A stretch of DNA of 63,739 nucleotides, filler included, from Deltaproteobacteria bacterium (lineage in GTDB: Bacteria; Myxococcota; JACRCW01): NCBI GenBank assembly GCA_016218805.1. It is 3 parts of 3 records of this genome, joined end to end, with 100 filler letters (N's around TTAATTAATTAA, not from the genome) between each part and the next. Parts side by side here need not be neighbours in the genome. Positions count along the whole stretch, not along the records: positions 30,202 to 55,696 come from JACRCW010000107.1; 2 more parts are not named here. One strand, 5' to 3'. The notes beneath the pieces are model-generated. The model saw only the letters and a list, made by a program, of their open reading frames with translations. It was not told where the DNA came from and did not search any database. A program made the translations under genes and the position numbers. Numbering within the stretch: position 1 is the stretch's first letter; each line of letters begins with the position of its first letter. Shown piece by piece: positions 42,872 through 52,525 of the stretch.

Positions 42872-42904
42872 GCGACGCAGCCGACGAGATCCTCAAGGCG
42901 CAGT
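42840..42904 (+). repeat. 65-bp exact direct repeat, left copy
   Basis: GCATGGAGCGCGATCTCGGAGGTGCCGCGTGAGCGACGCAGCCGACGAGATCCTCAAGGCGCAGT identical to 44645-44709. Confidence 0.95.
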
Positions 42905-42978
42905 CTGCCAGCTGCGCTCCCGTGGCGGGTGCGCGCCCCGCCTGTGTGGGTCCCCGTTCCAACTTGCAGGAGTGGCGG

Positions 42979-44253
42979 CTACTCGTTGTCGTCGTTGTCG
43001 TCATCGGTGTGGGCCGGCAGAGGCGCCGCCGCGGCCTGCGCATGATCGGTCTGCATCTGTTCACGGAGCGCGTGCACCTGGCCATCCAGCAGCGCGGCCA
43101 TCGTACCCCGTGTGCGCTGCGTGACCCAGCGCACCATGCCGCTGAGGTAAAGTTCCTTGAGGTAGGCAAACGAGAACTGGTGGGTCTGCGCGGCGAGGGC
43201 ATCGAGCTCGGCCTCAGTGATACCCATGGCCGGGTCCAGCCGCGCGTTCCACGCCGCAAGGTAGGTCCGGCGCTCCGCGGGGCCGGGCAACTCGAAGTGG
43301 TACTTGCGATCAAACCGGCTCGGTCGTTCCAGGATGGCGGGGTCGAGTCGTTCCGGGTGGTTCGTGGTGGCGACGGTGACCACACCGGTCAAAGTCGCCA
43401 GGCCGTCGAGCTGGTTGAGGAAATACGAGCGATTCTTGTCGGTGATCATCGCGTCCAGGTCCTCAAACACCAGCAGGCACGGCGTCACTTCGCGCGCGCG
43501 TTCAAAGACCTGATCGATGTTCTCCTCGTCCGTGGTGTACCGCTGCTTGATGTTCATGACGTAGAGGCAGGGCAGCGCCAGCTCCCTGATGAGCGCGCGC
43601 AGACAGTGCGTCTTGCCGTTGCCGGGCGGGCCAATGAGCAAGACGCCGCGCTTGTGCGGTACGCCGTATCGTTCGTATTCGCTGCGGGCGGCGAGGAACG
43701 CTGCAAAGTCCTCGCGGATGCGCGCTTTGAGGTCGCCCATCAGCACCAGGTCGTCAAACGAGGCCGCCTGGATCTGTTCCCACAGGTCGCGGCTGCGGCC
43801 CCAGCAGCCGCCCTTGAACACCAGCACCGCGCGGCGCGGTTCATTGCAGAACGCGCTCACCGCGGTGGCGAACGCCCGGGCGACGTCCACGCTATCCGCG
43901 ACGACGATCGCGTACTGGTGGGTGTCGTTGAGCCCTGCACGCCACTTCGCGGTCACTACGCGCAGCAGGTGCCCCTGCCAGCGGACGTCGTAGACCGCGT
44001 TGACAGGCCCTTCGCGCAGACCGTGAGCACGGCTCCACGCGGTCCGCATCTGCGCGTGGACGTCGGACGCGCATTCTGCGTCGCACCTCCCCTCCGCGAC
44101 GAACTCTTGCAGATCGAACGGGGATTCCACGCCATCGAGAACGCTGCGACCGGGATGCAGTTCCGCCACGAGCCGGCTCAGCCGCCAGCCGATCCCCGCA
44201 TCCGGGCTGAACGATCGTTCAAACATTGCCGAACCACCTTGCTGAGAGGTCAT
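42979..44253 (-). CDS. AAA+ ATPase (single domain, BCS1-like)
   Basis: KRGVLLIGPPGNGKT, LVFEDLD, LNQLDG, TTNHPERLDPAILERPSRFD; start could be 44226. Confidence 0.9.
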   Translation of the reverse strand: MTSQQGGSAMFERSFSPDAGIGWRLSRLVAELHPGRSVLDGVESPFDLQEFVAEGRCDAECASDVHAQMRTAWSRAHGLREGPVNAVYDVRWQGHLLRVVTAKWRAGLNDTHQYAIVVADSVDVARAFATAVSAFCNEPRRAVLVFKGGCWGRSRDLWEQIQAASFDDLVLMGDLKARIREDFAAFLAARSEYERYGVPHKRGVLLIGPPGNGKTHCLRALIRELALPCLYVMNIKQRYTTDEENIDQVFERAREVTPCLLVFEDLDAMITDKNRSYFLNQLDGLATLTGVVTVATTNHPERLDPAILERPSRFDRKYHFELPGPAERRTYLAAWNARLDPAMGITEAELDALAAQTHQFSFAYLKELYLSGMVRWVTQRTRGTMAALLDGQVHALREQMQTDHAQAAAAPLPAHTDDDNDDNE

Positions 44254-44644
44254 GGGGCTCCTCCGACCTATGCCAGCGCGCTGGCGGGTCTTGGCACCAG
44301 CGCAAACGGAATGGGGGCGCCGCACGCGCCGAGGTACCGCGGGCCGAACGCGATGGACGCGTCACCAATTGAAAACGCTGGACAAGACCAGACCATTCCT
44401 CGGGTGCCACCGCGTGGTGTGGGTCAGCGGAACGGTCTTCATGCGCATGCATGGGTCATCCCGGGGCGGACGTTGCCTGGGGGCCGGCCCATGGGCAAGG
44501 GGTGGGCGCGGTGGCGGTTTGGGACGATGCCAACGCCGCCAAGCGGGCGTGCCGCGCGGGCAGTCCACGCGGCAATACCAGGATTACTCCGGCGCAATTC
44601 AGCCCATTTCACCGGGCTGCCTTGGAGCACGGCGGATTTGCACA

Positions 44645-44709
44645 GCATGGAGCGCGATCTCGGAGGTGCCGCGTGAGCGACGCAGCCGACGAGATCCTCA
44701 AGGCGCAGT
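44645..44709 (+). repeat. 65-bp exact direct repeat, right copy
   Basis: Identical to 42840-42904. Confidence 0.95.
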
Positions 44710-46439
44710 TTGCGCCGGGGCTGCTGTGGCGGACGCTGGCGCTGCTGCGCCCGCACCGGACGCTCTTCTTCACGTCACTGGTGCTGTATGTGCCGCTGAA
44801 CCTGGGTTCGCTGCTGCAGCCGTACCTGATGGGCGTGATGGTGGATTCGGTGGCGCACGGCGGCGGGGACCCGCACCGCGTGGCGTTGCTGGGCCTGGCG
44901 TACCTGGCGGCGCTGCTGGTGCAGAACGCGGGGCAGTTTGTGCAGTCCACCATGACGCAGGTGCTGGGCCAGCGCATGACGCGGGACCTGCGCGCGGACC
45001 TGTTCCGCAAGCTGCAGCGCCTGGACGCCTCCTACTACGACCGCACTCCCGCCGGCCGGGTGCTGACCCGCCTCACCTCCGACGTGGAATCCCTGGCCGA
45101 GCTGTTCTCCACGGGCTCCGCGACGATCCTGGGCGACCTGCTGTTCCTGGGCGCGACGACGGTGGTGCTGGTGTGGACCAGCCCGACGCTGACGCTGGGC
45201 GGGTTCCTGCTGCTGCCGGCGCTGGCGGTGGGGCTGCGGCTGTTCCGGCGCGCCGCGCGCGAGGCGTTCCGCGCGGTGCGCACGCAGGTGGCGCGGCTCA
45301 ACGGTTTCCTCGCCGAGCACATTGCCGGGATGGCGGTGGTGCAGATGTTTGGGCAGGAGGCGCGCACGGCCGCAGAGTTTGACGGGCTCAACCGCGCGCA
45401 CCGCGACGCGAACTTCCGCTCCATCAGCCTGGACGCGGGGATGTACGCGTTTGTGGAGGCCATCAGCACCGCCAGCGTGGCGGGGGTGCTGGTGTTTGCC
45501 GCTGACGAGGTGGCGGGCAGCGCCATCAGCCTGGGGGTGGCGGTGGCGTTTGTGGACTACCTGCAGCGGTTCTTCCTCCCGGTGCGCGATCTGTCTTCCA
45601 AGTACACGGTGGTGCAGAGCGCGCTGGCCGCGGCGGAGCGCATCTTTGAGCTGGTGGACGAGCCCGAGCGCACCGCGAACCCGCCGGGCGGGACCGTGCT
45701 GCGCACGCTGGGCACCGGCATCCGTTTCCACGACGTGCACTTCACGTATCCCGGCGGCACGCGTGCCATGCGCGGGGTCAGCCTGGAGGTGTTGCCGGGC
45801 CAGCGCGTGGCGCTTGTAGGACGTACCGGCAGTGGGAAGACCACGTTCACCCGTCTGCTGCTGCGCCACTACGACGTGACCTCCGGCTCCGTCCAGGTGG
45901 ACGGCCATGACGTGCGCACGCTGGACATTCCCGCGCTGCGGCGGCTGGTGACCGCGGTGCCGCAGGAGGTGCACCTGTTTGCGGGGACGCTGGCGGAGAA
46001 CCTGCGCTACGGGGCGCCCACGGCAACGGAGGAGCAGCTGCTGGCGGTGCTGCGGGCGGTGCAGGCCACGGGCGTTTTGGAGCGCCTACCCGGCGGGCTG
46101 CAGGGGCGCCTCCAGGAGCGCGGGGTCAACCTCAGCGTCGGCGAGCGGCAGTTGGTCGCGTTTGCGCGGGCGCTGCTGGCGGACCCGCCGTGCGTCATCC
46201 TGGACGAGGCCACCGCGAGCGTGGACAACGAGACCGAGCGGCGCCTGCAGGCGGCGACGGCGGAGCTGCTGCGGGGGCGCACGGCGATCATCATTGCGCA
46301 CCGGCTGGCCACGGCGCGCGATTGCGACGTCATTGCCGTGATGCAGGGCGGGTTGGTGGTGGAGCGCGGTACGCACGCGGAGCTGGTGGCCAGGGACGGG
46401 TACTACGCGCGCCTGCACGCGCTGCAGGAGGGCGGGTGA
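44673..46439 (+). CDS. ABC exporter, fused permease/ATPase, subunit 2
   Basis: GTG after GGAGG; TMD (GRVLTRLTSD), GRTGSGKTT, LSVGERQ, LDEAT, AHRL. Confidence 0.95.
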   Translation: MSDAADEILKAQFAPGLLWRTLALLRPHRTLFFTSLVLYVPLNLGSLLQPYLMGVMVDSVAHGGGDPHRVALLGLAYLAALLVQNAGQFVQSTMTQVLGQRMTRDLRADLFRKLQRLDASYYDRTPAGRVLTRLTSDVESLAELFSTGSATILGDLLFLGATTVVLVWTSPTLTLGGFLLLPALAVGLRLFRRAAREAFRAVRTQVARLNGFLAEHIAGMAVVQMFGQEARTAAEFDGLNRAHRDANFRSISLDAGMYAFVEAISTASVAGVLVFAADEVAGSAISLGVAVAFVDYLQRFFLPVRDLSSKYTVVQSALAAAERIFELVDEPERTANPPGGTVLRTLGTGIRFHDVHFTYPGGTRAMRGVSLEVLPGQRVALVGRTGSGKTTFTRLLLRHYDVTSGSVQVDGHDVRTLDIPALRRLVTAVPQEVHLFAGTLAENLRYGAPTATEEQLLAVLRAVQATGVLERLPGGLQGRLQERGVNLSVGERQLVAFARALLADPPCVILDEATASVDNETERRLQAATAELLRGRTAIIIAHRLATARDCDVIAVMQGGLVVERGTHAELVARDGYYARLHALQEGG

Positions 46440-46457
46440 CGACGGAGCGCAGGGGGC

Positions 46458-47003
46458 CTACCGTCCGTCAATGAGGCGGTTCACCAGGCGGCGCGACGCC
46501 ACCGAGTAGCCCACGGTCAACAGCACCGTCAGCGTGATGGGAATGAACAACGCTGGTGGGGACAGCGCGGACTCCGCCCCGAGCGCGACGCGGAACACAC
46601 CCGACAGCAACGCCAGGAACACGACGTTCACCCCGACCGCCACCGCCGCCAACGTCTCCTGCATCAGGCGCCACAACGGCATCTGCCGCTCCCGGGGAAG
46701 CGCCAGGAACTCCTGCTTTCGCGGGATGTTGATGAAAGCGGGGTTTGCCGCCAGCAGCGTGGTCATGCGGGCCACCCCGTACAGCAGCAGCGTGAGGCCC
46801 CAGGGCACCAGCACCAGCAGCAGCAGGATATTGCTGTCCCGCGGCGCCCACGCGTCCGGGTCACCCTCAGCGTTGAAATGCACCGGAATCTGCGGCGGCA
46901 AACCAGGCCAGGCGCGCCACGCCAGCACCGCGCTGGAAAGCAGGAGCACCGCGTTGGCCGCGTGCAGGGACAACCGGCGGATCCATCCGGTGTCAGGCTC
47001 CAT
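46458..47003 (-). CDS. DUF1648 / SdpI-like membrane protein
   Basis: LPPQIPVHFNAEGDPD plus four hydrophobic helices. Confidence 0.8.
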   Translation of the reverse strand: MEPDTGWIRRLSLHAANAVLLLSSAVLAWRAWPGLPPQIPVHFNAEGDPDAWAPRDSNILLLLVLVPWGLTLLLYGVARMTTLLAANPAFINIPRKQEFLALPRERQMPLWRLMQETLAAVAVGVNVVFLALLSGVFRVALGAESALSPPALFIPITLTVLLTVGYSVASRRLVNRLIDGR

Positions 47004-47019
47004 GGCATCCTCCGACGTG

Positions 47020-48132
47020 TCAGCGCCCCTTGAGCAGGGGGTTCTTCTTGATGTGGGTGACTGCGGCGCGCATGCCCATGACGGTGAAGTAGTTCTTCTC
47101 ATACACGGCGTTGCTGGGGTCCAGCTTGCGCGCCTTCTCCAGGAACATCTCCGCGCGGCCCAGGTCACGCCGCTCCTTGAGGAGCACAATGCCCAGGCGG
47201 TTGTAAAGCGGCGCGGGGTTGCGGGACTTCTTGATCGCCTGTTCCAGCACTTCAATGGCGCGGTCCATCTGGCCCTCCTTCTCCAGTGCAATGGCGCGCT
47301 GCAGCGGGTCCAGCATGGCGGCGGAAGCTGGGGGCTCTTCGCGGGGTTTCTGCGCGCTCTTGGCCTGCTTCAGGAACGCCTCAATGGCGGGCGTGGTCCG
47401 GACGGGCTTGTCCGCCACGTCAGGCTTGGGCGCGGGCCTGGCGGGCGGCGGCGGCGGCGCGGGGGGCTTGCCGCCCAGGCGGCGCAGCGCGGGCATGGGT
47501 GGTGGCGTGGCGGTGGCCGCTGGCCGCACCACGATCTCCGACGGGGGAAGCGGCGGGGGTGACGGCGGCGGCGCGGGCAACGCGTTCTCCGGCTCCGTCT
47601 GCACGGCCTCCAGGACCAGACCCAGGTCCTCCGCTTTGACGGGCCGCGGCGGGCGCGCCGGCGCCTTGGGCGGTTCCGAGACGCGGACGACCTTCTTGTC
47701 CAGCAGGGACATCAGCAGGCCATTCATCTCCGGCTTGGACAGGCCCGCCGCCTGGCGCACCCCATCCACGTTGGTGCGCCCGTCCATCAGCGAAATGACG
47801 AACGCCTCAAAGCTCGACAGCGAGAGGCTCGTCAGGTCCAGGCCGTCAGCCACTGCCGGCACGTCCGTGGAGGACGCGGCAAAGGTCATCAGCACGGTGG
47901 GCGCGGTGACTTCGCGCTTGAGGCGCGCCTTGGCCGCCTGGCGGACCTCGTCAGGGACGCGGATATCCGCGCGTGACAGGGACGCCTCCGGCGGTGAAAG
48001 CATCATGCGGATGACGGTGGGTTCCCGCGGCGGCTCAATGGAGTCCAGGGGCACCAGGCCGAGGAGGAGCTCACACGACGGACACTGGAACGCGTCCGTC
48101 GCGACGTCCTTTCCGCATTCGGGGCATTTCAT
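47020..48132 (-). CDS. Zinc-ribbon / Pro-rich / TPR protein
   Basis: CPEC..CPSC, LSSFEAFVISLMDG winged-helix-like block, C-terminal TPR (LYNRLGIVL). Confidence 0.72.
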   Translation of the reverse strand: MKCPECGKDVATDAFQCPSCELLLGLVPLDSIEPPREPTVIRMMLSPPEASLSRADIRVPDEVRQAAKARLKREVTAPTVLMTFAASSTDVPAVADGLDLTSLSLSSFEAFVISLMDGRTNVDGVRQAAGLSKPEMNGLLMSLLDKKVVRVSEPPKAPARPPRPVKAEDLGLVLEAVQTEPENALPAPPPSPPPLPPSEIVVRPAATATPPPMPALRRLGGKPPAPPPPPARPAPKPDVADKPVRTTPAIEAFLKQAKSAQKPREEPPASAAMLDPLQRAIALEKEGQMDRAIEVLEQAIKKSRNPAPLYNRLGIVLLKERRDLGRAEMFLEKARKLDPSNAVYEKNYFTVMGMRAAVTHIKKNPLLKGR

Positions 48133-48303
48133 GGTTCCGGCCACCGGGTCGCCTCCAGCGGGTGCCTCCGTATCGCACCGATCCACGTTGGCCAAGCGCG
48201 GTCACGGTCCCGCGGCGCTCAAGACGTCCGCCAGGCGGTGGACCACCGCCGCCACGTCCCAGGTGCACGGTTCCACCACCACGTCAGCGCGTGCGTGCAG
48301 CGG
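48078..48303 (+). repeat. About 226-bp diverged direct repeat, left copy
   Basis: Aligns by eye with 51538-51763 at roughly 85-90% identity with about 4 single-base indels. Confidence 0.9.
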
Positions 48304-48553
48304 GGGGACCGGGCCTGCTGACGCAGTGCGGCAGAGCGCAGGCTTCAACGGCCGGCGTGCCGCCGGGGACGCCGCTGACCCGCAGTACCCGATCGGTGTG
48401 CGACGAGAAAATGACTTTCAACCATCGGTTGACCGCGGGCCAACGCGCGGGCGGAGTTTGGCTGTCTTACCCGCCGCTTGTCGACCTGACCTCCCGGGGG
48501 CACCATGCAGCCAACGGGGCCAGCAGGGCTCCCAGGACCAGAGGATTCCCACC

Positions 48554-48859
48554 ATGGCGATGTCTGCCTATCTGCAGGTGAGTCCTCCTGGGCGGATCCC
48601 TTGGAACGACTCGTTCCCCTGGTCTTCCATCATCCGTGTGTGCTTCAAGGACGAGGGTCTGTTCGCTTCGGACGGCCTATACATCTTCACCACACTGCGA
48701 CCCGAGTCTTTCTTGGTTCCGACCGAGGCTGCTGGTGGCGATGCGCTTTTCGGACAACTGCGCGCCCGCGGGTACTTTCCCGACGAGCTGTCTGCCAAGG
48801 CCAATTCGTCCACCGACGGTGGATACTACTGCTGGCCGCCCACGGAAGGTGACCGTTAA
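48554..48859 (+). CDS. Small hypothetical protein (possibly 5'-truncated)
   Basis: Protein-like composition (WSSIIRVCFKDEG..DGLYIFT..RPESFLVPTEA..YCWPP), non-native codon usage. Confidence 0.5.
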   Translation: MAMSAYLQVSPPGRIPWNDSFPWSSIIRVCFKDEGLFASDGLYIFTTLRPESFLVPTEAAGGDALFGQLRARGYFPDELSAKANSSTDGGYYCWPPTEGDR

Positions 48860-48945
48860 GGACGCTTCGCCCCAAGGGATTCGCGCCTATCCGCGTGCAA
48901 CTCTCCGTGGCGCACGAACGCGCGCACATCGAGAGGCCTGCGTCC

Positions 48946-49737
48946 TCACGTTGCGCCGAAGATCTCGTCGAAGAACGCCTTCATCGCCGCAAACGCGCGC
49001 CTGCTGGAACGCTCGTTGTAGGCGGAGCCCTTGGATGTGTCGCTGCCGGCGGTGGGCACCGTGAACGAATGCACGGTGCCGGAGTACTGCACCATCGTCC
49101 AATCCACCTTCGCGTCGTCCAGGTCCTTGCGAAATGCGGCGATATCCGCGGCGGCCACGTGCGGATCGTCGGCGCCGTGCAGCACCAGCACCTTGCCCTT
49201 GATGTTGCGGCTCTCGCCGGGCGTCACCGCATCGAGTCCGCCATGGAAGCTGACCGTTCCCTTGAGCGGCGCGCCGCTCTTGGCGAGCTCCAGCGCCGTG
49301 GTCCCGCCGAAACAGAACCCGATGGCAGCGAGCTTGCTCGCGTCGACGTGGGGGTCTTTCGTGAGCGCTTCCAGCGCGGCCTGCGCGCGGCCGCGCAGGA
49401 GCTTGCGGTCGCCCTTGAACTTGCCGGCGAGTGCGCGCGCCTCCTTTCCGTCCTTGGGGCGCGCGCCCTTGCCGTAGATGTCCGCGGCGAACGCGACATA
49501 GCCCAGCAGCGCAAGCTCCCTCACGCGCATTTCCGTGGTTTCACTGATGCCCATCCAGTCGTGCACGACGACGACGCCCGGGCGGCGGCCACTCACAGCG
49601 TCGTCGTACGCGATGACGCCTTCGAGCACGGCGCCTGCGGCGTCCTTGTATTCGACCTTTTCGGTCTTGACGGCTGCCAGCGCCGTGGACGCGGTGATGG
49701 AGAAAAGGACAAGGGAGAATGAGAGGGATGCGCGCAT
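48946..49737 (-). CDS. Dienelactone hydrolase family protein, exported
   Basis: Signal peptide, HDWMG, GFCFGG nucleophile, SFHG, HGADD, HSFT. Confidence 0.93.
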   Translation of the reverse strand: MRASLSFSLVLFSITASTALAAVKTEKVEYKDAAGAVLEGVIAYDDAVSGRRPGVVVVHDWMGISETTEMRVRELALLGYVAFAADIYGKGARPKDGKEARALAGKFKGDRKLLRGRAQAALEALTKDPHVDASKLAAIGFCFGGTTALELAKSGAPLKGTVSFHGGLDAVTPGESRNIKGKVLVLHGADDPHVAAADIAAFRKDLDDAKVDWTMVQYSGTVHSFTVPTAGSDTSKGSAYNERSSRRAFAAMKAFFDEIFGAT

Positions 49738-50052
49738 GCCGGGCCATAACGATCCGCCGCGCGGCAGTCAGCTTGCGGCGTCCGCGGCACGCATTCGTTG
49801 TACTTCTTGAACTTCTTCGGTGCGTCCAGCACACGGCGCGCCCGCGCATCCGCCGTTGCGCTTGGGCGCCGTGCGCATTGCGCGTTTGGCGTGCGACTGC
49901 GGCCGATGCAGGACACGCGGGTTTTCGGCAGGAAGGCATTCCGCGGTCCGACGGTGGCACGCGCTTGACGCTCATCCAGTGGCGTTCGGAGGCCCGGTCA
50001 TCCGAGTGACAACTTCCTGCCGCCACCGCGCGCAGGTATCCTTGCGCCGCCT

Positions 50053-51444
50053 ATGGCCTCCCCCGAACAGCGACGACGGACGACCGACCAGCTCACGGTG
50101 CGCTTCAACCTGCTCGGCATCCCCGTGTCACTGCAGCCGTCGTTCTGGATCGTCACCTTCCTGCTGGGGACGGGTGGCCGTTCGTGGGCTTTCGCGGGGG
50201 TATGGCTTGCCGCATCTCTCGCCAGCATCCTCTTTCATGAACTGGGGCACGCGCTCGTTGCCCGCGCGGTCGGCCGGCAGGCGCGGATTGACCTGCACGC
50301 CATGGGCGGCACCACGTATGCCAGCGCGCCGCCGCTCCCCGCGACGCAGAACATCTTGTTTGCGCTGGCCGGCCCGGCAGCGGGCGTGCTGCTTGGCGCG
50401 ATGACGTGGTCAACCGCCGCGCTGTTTCCGTCGGTGCGGGATGTTCCGCTCGCGGATCAGCTGTACCGGGATCTGCTCTGGGTGAACTGGGGCTACAGCC
50501 TCCTGAACCTGCTGCCCATCCTCCCGCTGGACGGCGGACTCGTCATGCAGACGCTGGTGCGCCACGCCACGCGGAAGCCCACGTCCGTTGTGCCCGCGTT
50601 CATCTCCGTGGCTGCTGCGGCCCTGGTCAGCGTGCTTGCGTACGCCAACAGCTGGACGTGGGCATTGGTGCTGTTTGCGTGGCTGGCGCTGGCGCATGTT
50701 CCCACCGTGAAGCAGGCGTTGGACACGTGGCGAGACGCGCGGCTCGTGCCCGCCGCCGCCGATTTGGACGCCGCGTGGACCGCCCGTGACGGTGCGCTCC
50801 TGCTCACGCGCGCGGAAGAGATGTTGCGTGTCGCCCGCTCCGGCGCACTGAGGGCCAAGGCCGTCGCCTCGTTGGCGTGGGCCCACCTCCTTCTCGGCAA
50901 GCCCGAGGCTGCGCAGCAGGCGTTGGAGCGCATGCCGCCGGGATTTGAAGCGGGCGCGTGGCTGGCGGGTTCAATACTGTTGGACCTGGGGCGTTTTGAT
51001 GACGTGATTGCGCTGATCAGTGCGGTTCCGGAAGCGCAGCGGCCCGCGGAACTCACCCGCCTGCTGATCCTGACGCATGCCACCAGGGGCGCGTTCGAGG
51101 ACACCATGGTGGCGTTCCGCGCCGCCAGGAGCTTTGGTTTCTCCGCGGAGTTCCTGACGCTGTTGGGAAGCAAGCTGTGCCGCGCAGCGCGCTACGCAGA
51201 AGCGGAGGAGGTGTACCGCTGGTGGTTCAGCATCCAGGCCGACGGCACCTCTGCTTACGGCGTGGCGTGCTGTCGCGCCCGCCTGGGTGACCCCAACGGC
51301 GCCCTGGAGTGGCTGCAGAATTCCGTTGCTTCCGGCTGGAAGAACGCCGCGCACACGCTGGCCGACGAGGACCTGGCGACGCTTCGCGACGAGGCTCCCT
51401 TCAAAGCGCTGGTGGCGAGGATGGCGGACGCGGCTCCGAACTGA
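50053..51444 (+). CDS. M50 site-2 metalloprotease with C-terminal TPR
   Basis: HELGH, LAGP, NLLPILPLDGG; YGVACCRARLG TPR-end motif. Confidence 0.9.
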   Translation: MASPEQRRRTTDQLTVRFNLLGIPVSLQPSFWIVTFLLGTGGRSWAFAGVWLAASLASILFHELGHALVARAVGRQARIDLHAMGGTTYASAPPLPATQNILFALAGPAAGVLLGAMTWSTAALFPSVRDVPLADQLYRDLLWVNWGYSLLNLLPILPLDGGLVMQTLVRHATRKPTSVVPAFISVAAAALVSVLAYANSWTWALVLFAWLALAHVPTVKQALDTWRDARLVPAAADLDAAWTARDGALLLTRAEEMLRVARSGALRAKAVASLAWAHLLLGKPEAAQQALERMPPGFEAGAWLAGSILLDLGRFDDVIALISAVPEAQRPAELTRLLILTHATRGAFEDTMVAFRAARSFGFSAEFLTLLGSKLCRAARYAEAEEVYRWWFSIQADGTSAYGVACCRARLGDPNGALEWLQNSVASGWKNAAHTLADEDLATLRDEAPFKALVARMADAAPN

Positions 51445-51537
51445 CAATCGCTCAGCGCACTTGCGCACGCGCCACCAGGGCTTGTTGGGCAGGTGAGACG
51501 ACCATCCTCCTGCACTTGGAAAGAAGAAACCCGCACC

Positions 51538-51763
51538 ACGGACACTGGAACGCGTCCGCCGCGACGTCCTCTCCGCATTTCGGGGCATTTCACGGTATCA
51601 GCGACCGCATCGCCTCCAGCGTGCGCCTCCGTATCGCACCGTTCCACGTCGCCACGCGCGGTCACGGTCCCGCGGCGCCCAGCACGTCCGCCAGGCGGTG
51701 GACCACTCCCGCCACGTCCAGGCGCGCGGTCTCCACCACCAGGTCCGCGCGTGCGTACAGCGG
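51538..51763 (+). repeat. About 226-bp diverged direct repeat, right copy
   Basis: Contains intact boxR 3' end and a frameshifted copy of the 47020-48132 gene start. Confidence 0.9.
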
Positions 51764-52438
51764 TGCCCGCCGCGCGTAGATCTCATCCAGTTCCTGGCGC
51801 GCCCGCGGGTTGCCCGCCATGGGCCGGCGGTCCCCCTGCGCCGACACGCGCTCCCAGTGCGCCGCCACTGGCGCCTTGAGCCACACGGTGCACGCGTGCC
51901 GCTTCAACACCTCCATCGCCTCGCGGTTGGTGATGACGCCGCCACCGGTGGCAATGACGCACCGCGGTTCCTGTTGCAGGACGCGCTGCAACGCCGCCAC
52001 CTCCATGCGCCGGTAGTACCCCTCCCCGTGCAACGCGAAGATCTCACCCAGCCGCAGCCCCGCTTCGTGCTCCACCTGGGCATCCAACTCCACAAACCGG
52101 CACCGCAGCCGGCGCGCCAACAGCCTCCCCACGCTGGTCTTGCCCGCGCCACGCAGTCCCACCAGGGCCACCGCCGGCCGCGCGCGGGTGGCCACGCCCT
52201 CCCCCGGCAACAGGTCCGCCATGGAGCAGTCCAACGCGCGCGCCAGGTCATGCAGGCGCGTCACCGCGGGATTGCCCACGCCGTTCTCAACCTGCCCTAC
52301 GAACCGCTCCGACAAACCGGCCCGCCGGGCCAGGTCCCGCAGGCTCCAGCCGCGCTCCGTCCGACGGGCGCGCACCGACCCGCCCAGCGCGGCCAGCAGC
52401 GCGTGGTGCTCATCCAGGAGCGGATGCGTCTTGCTCAT
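51662..52438 (-). CDS. boxR: BoxR/BzdR-type regulator (XRE HTH + shikimate-kinase-like domain)
   Basis: LARRAGLSERF..ENGVGNP; ALVGLRGAGKT, IATGGG, QGDRRPM; divergent from boxC. Confidence 0.88.
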   Translation of the reverse strand: MSKTHPLLDEHHALLAALGGSVRARRTERGWSLRDLARRAGLSERFVGQVENGVGNPAVTRLHDLARALDCSMADLLPGEGVATRARPAVALVGLRGAGKTSVGRLLARRLRCRFVELDAQVEHEAGLRLGEIFALHGEGYYRRMEVAALQRVLQQEPRCVIATGGGVITNREAMEVLKRHACTVWLKAPVAAHWERVSAQGDRRPMAGNPRARQELDEIYARRAPLYARADLVVETARLDVAGVVHRLADVLGAAGP

Positions 52439-52441
52439 GCG

Positions 52442-52510
52442 GTGCACTATAGTTCCCTGCCCCAGAAAATTGGAAGCATTAAAGTTCTCCCACAGCGCAT
52501 TGCATGCACG
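52442..52510. promoter_or_regulatory. Probable BoxR operator / divergent promoter region
   Basis: AT-richer spacer with GTGCACTATAGTTCC and further TGCA motifs; BzdR-family regulators bind TGCA-containing sites. Confidence 0.45.
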
Positions 52511-52525
52511 CTGGAGGCGCGCCCC

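Noticed and set aside
48304..51537. Cargo genes as integron cassettes
   Set aside because: Mixed orientations, no convincing paired attC sites, no integrase
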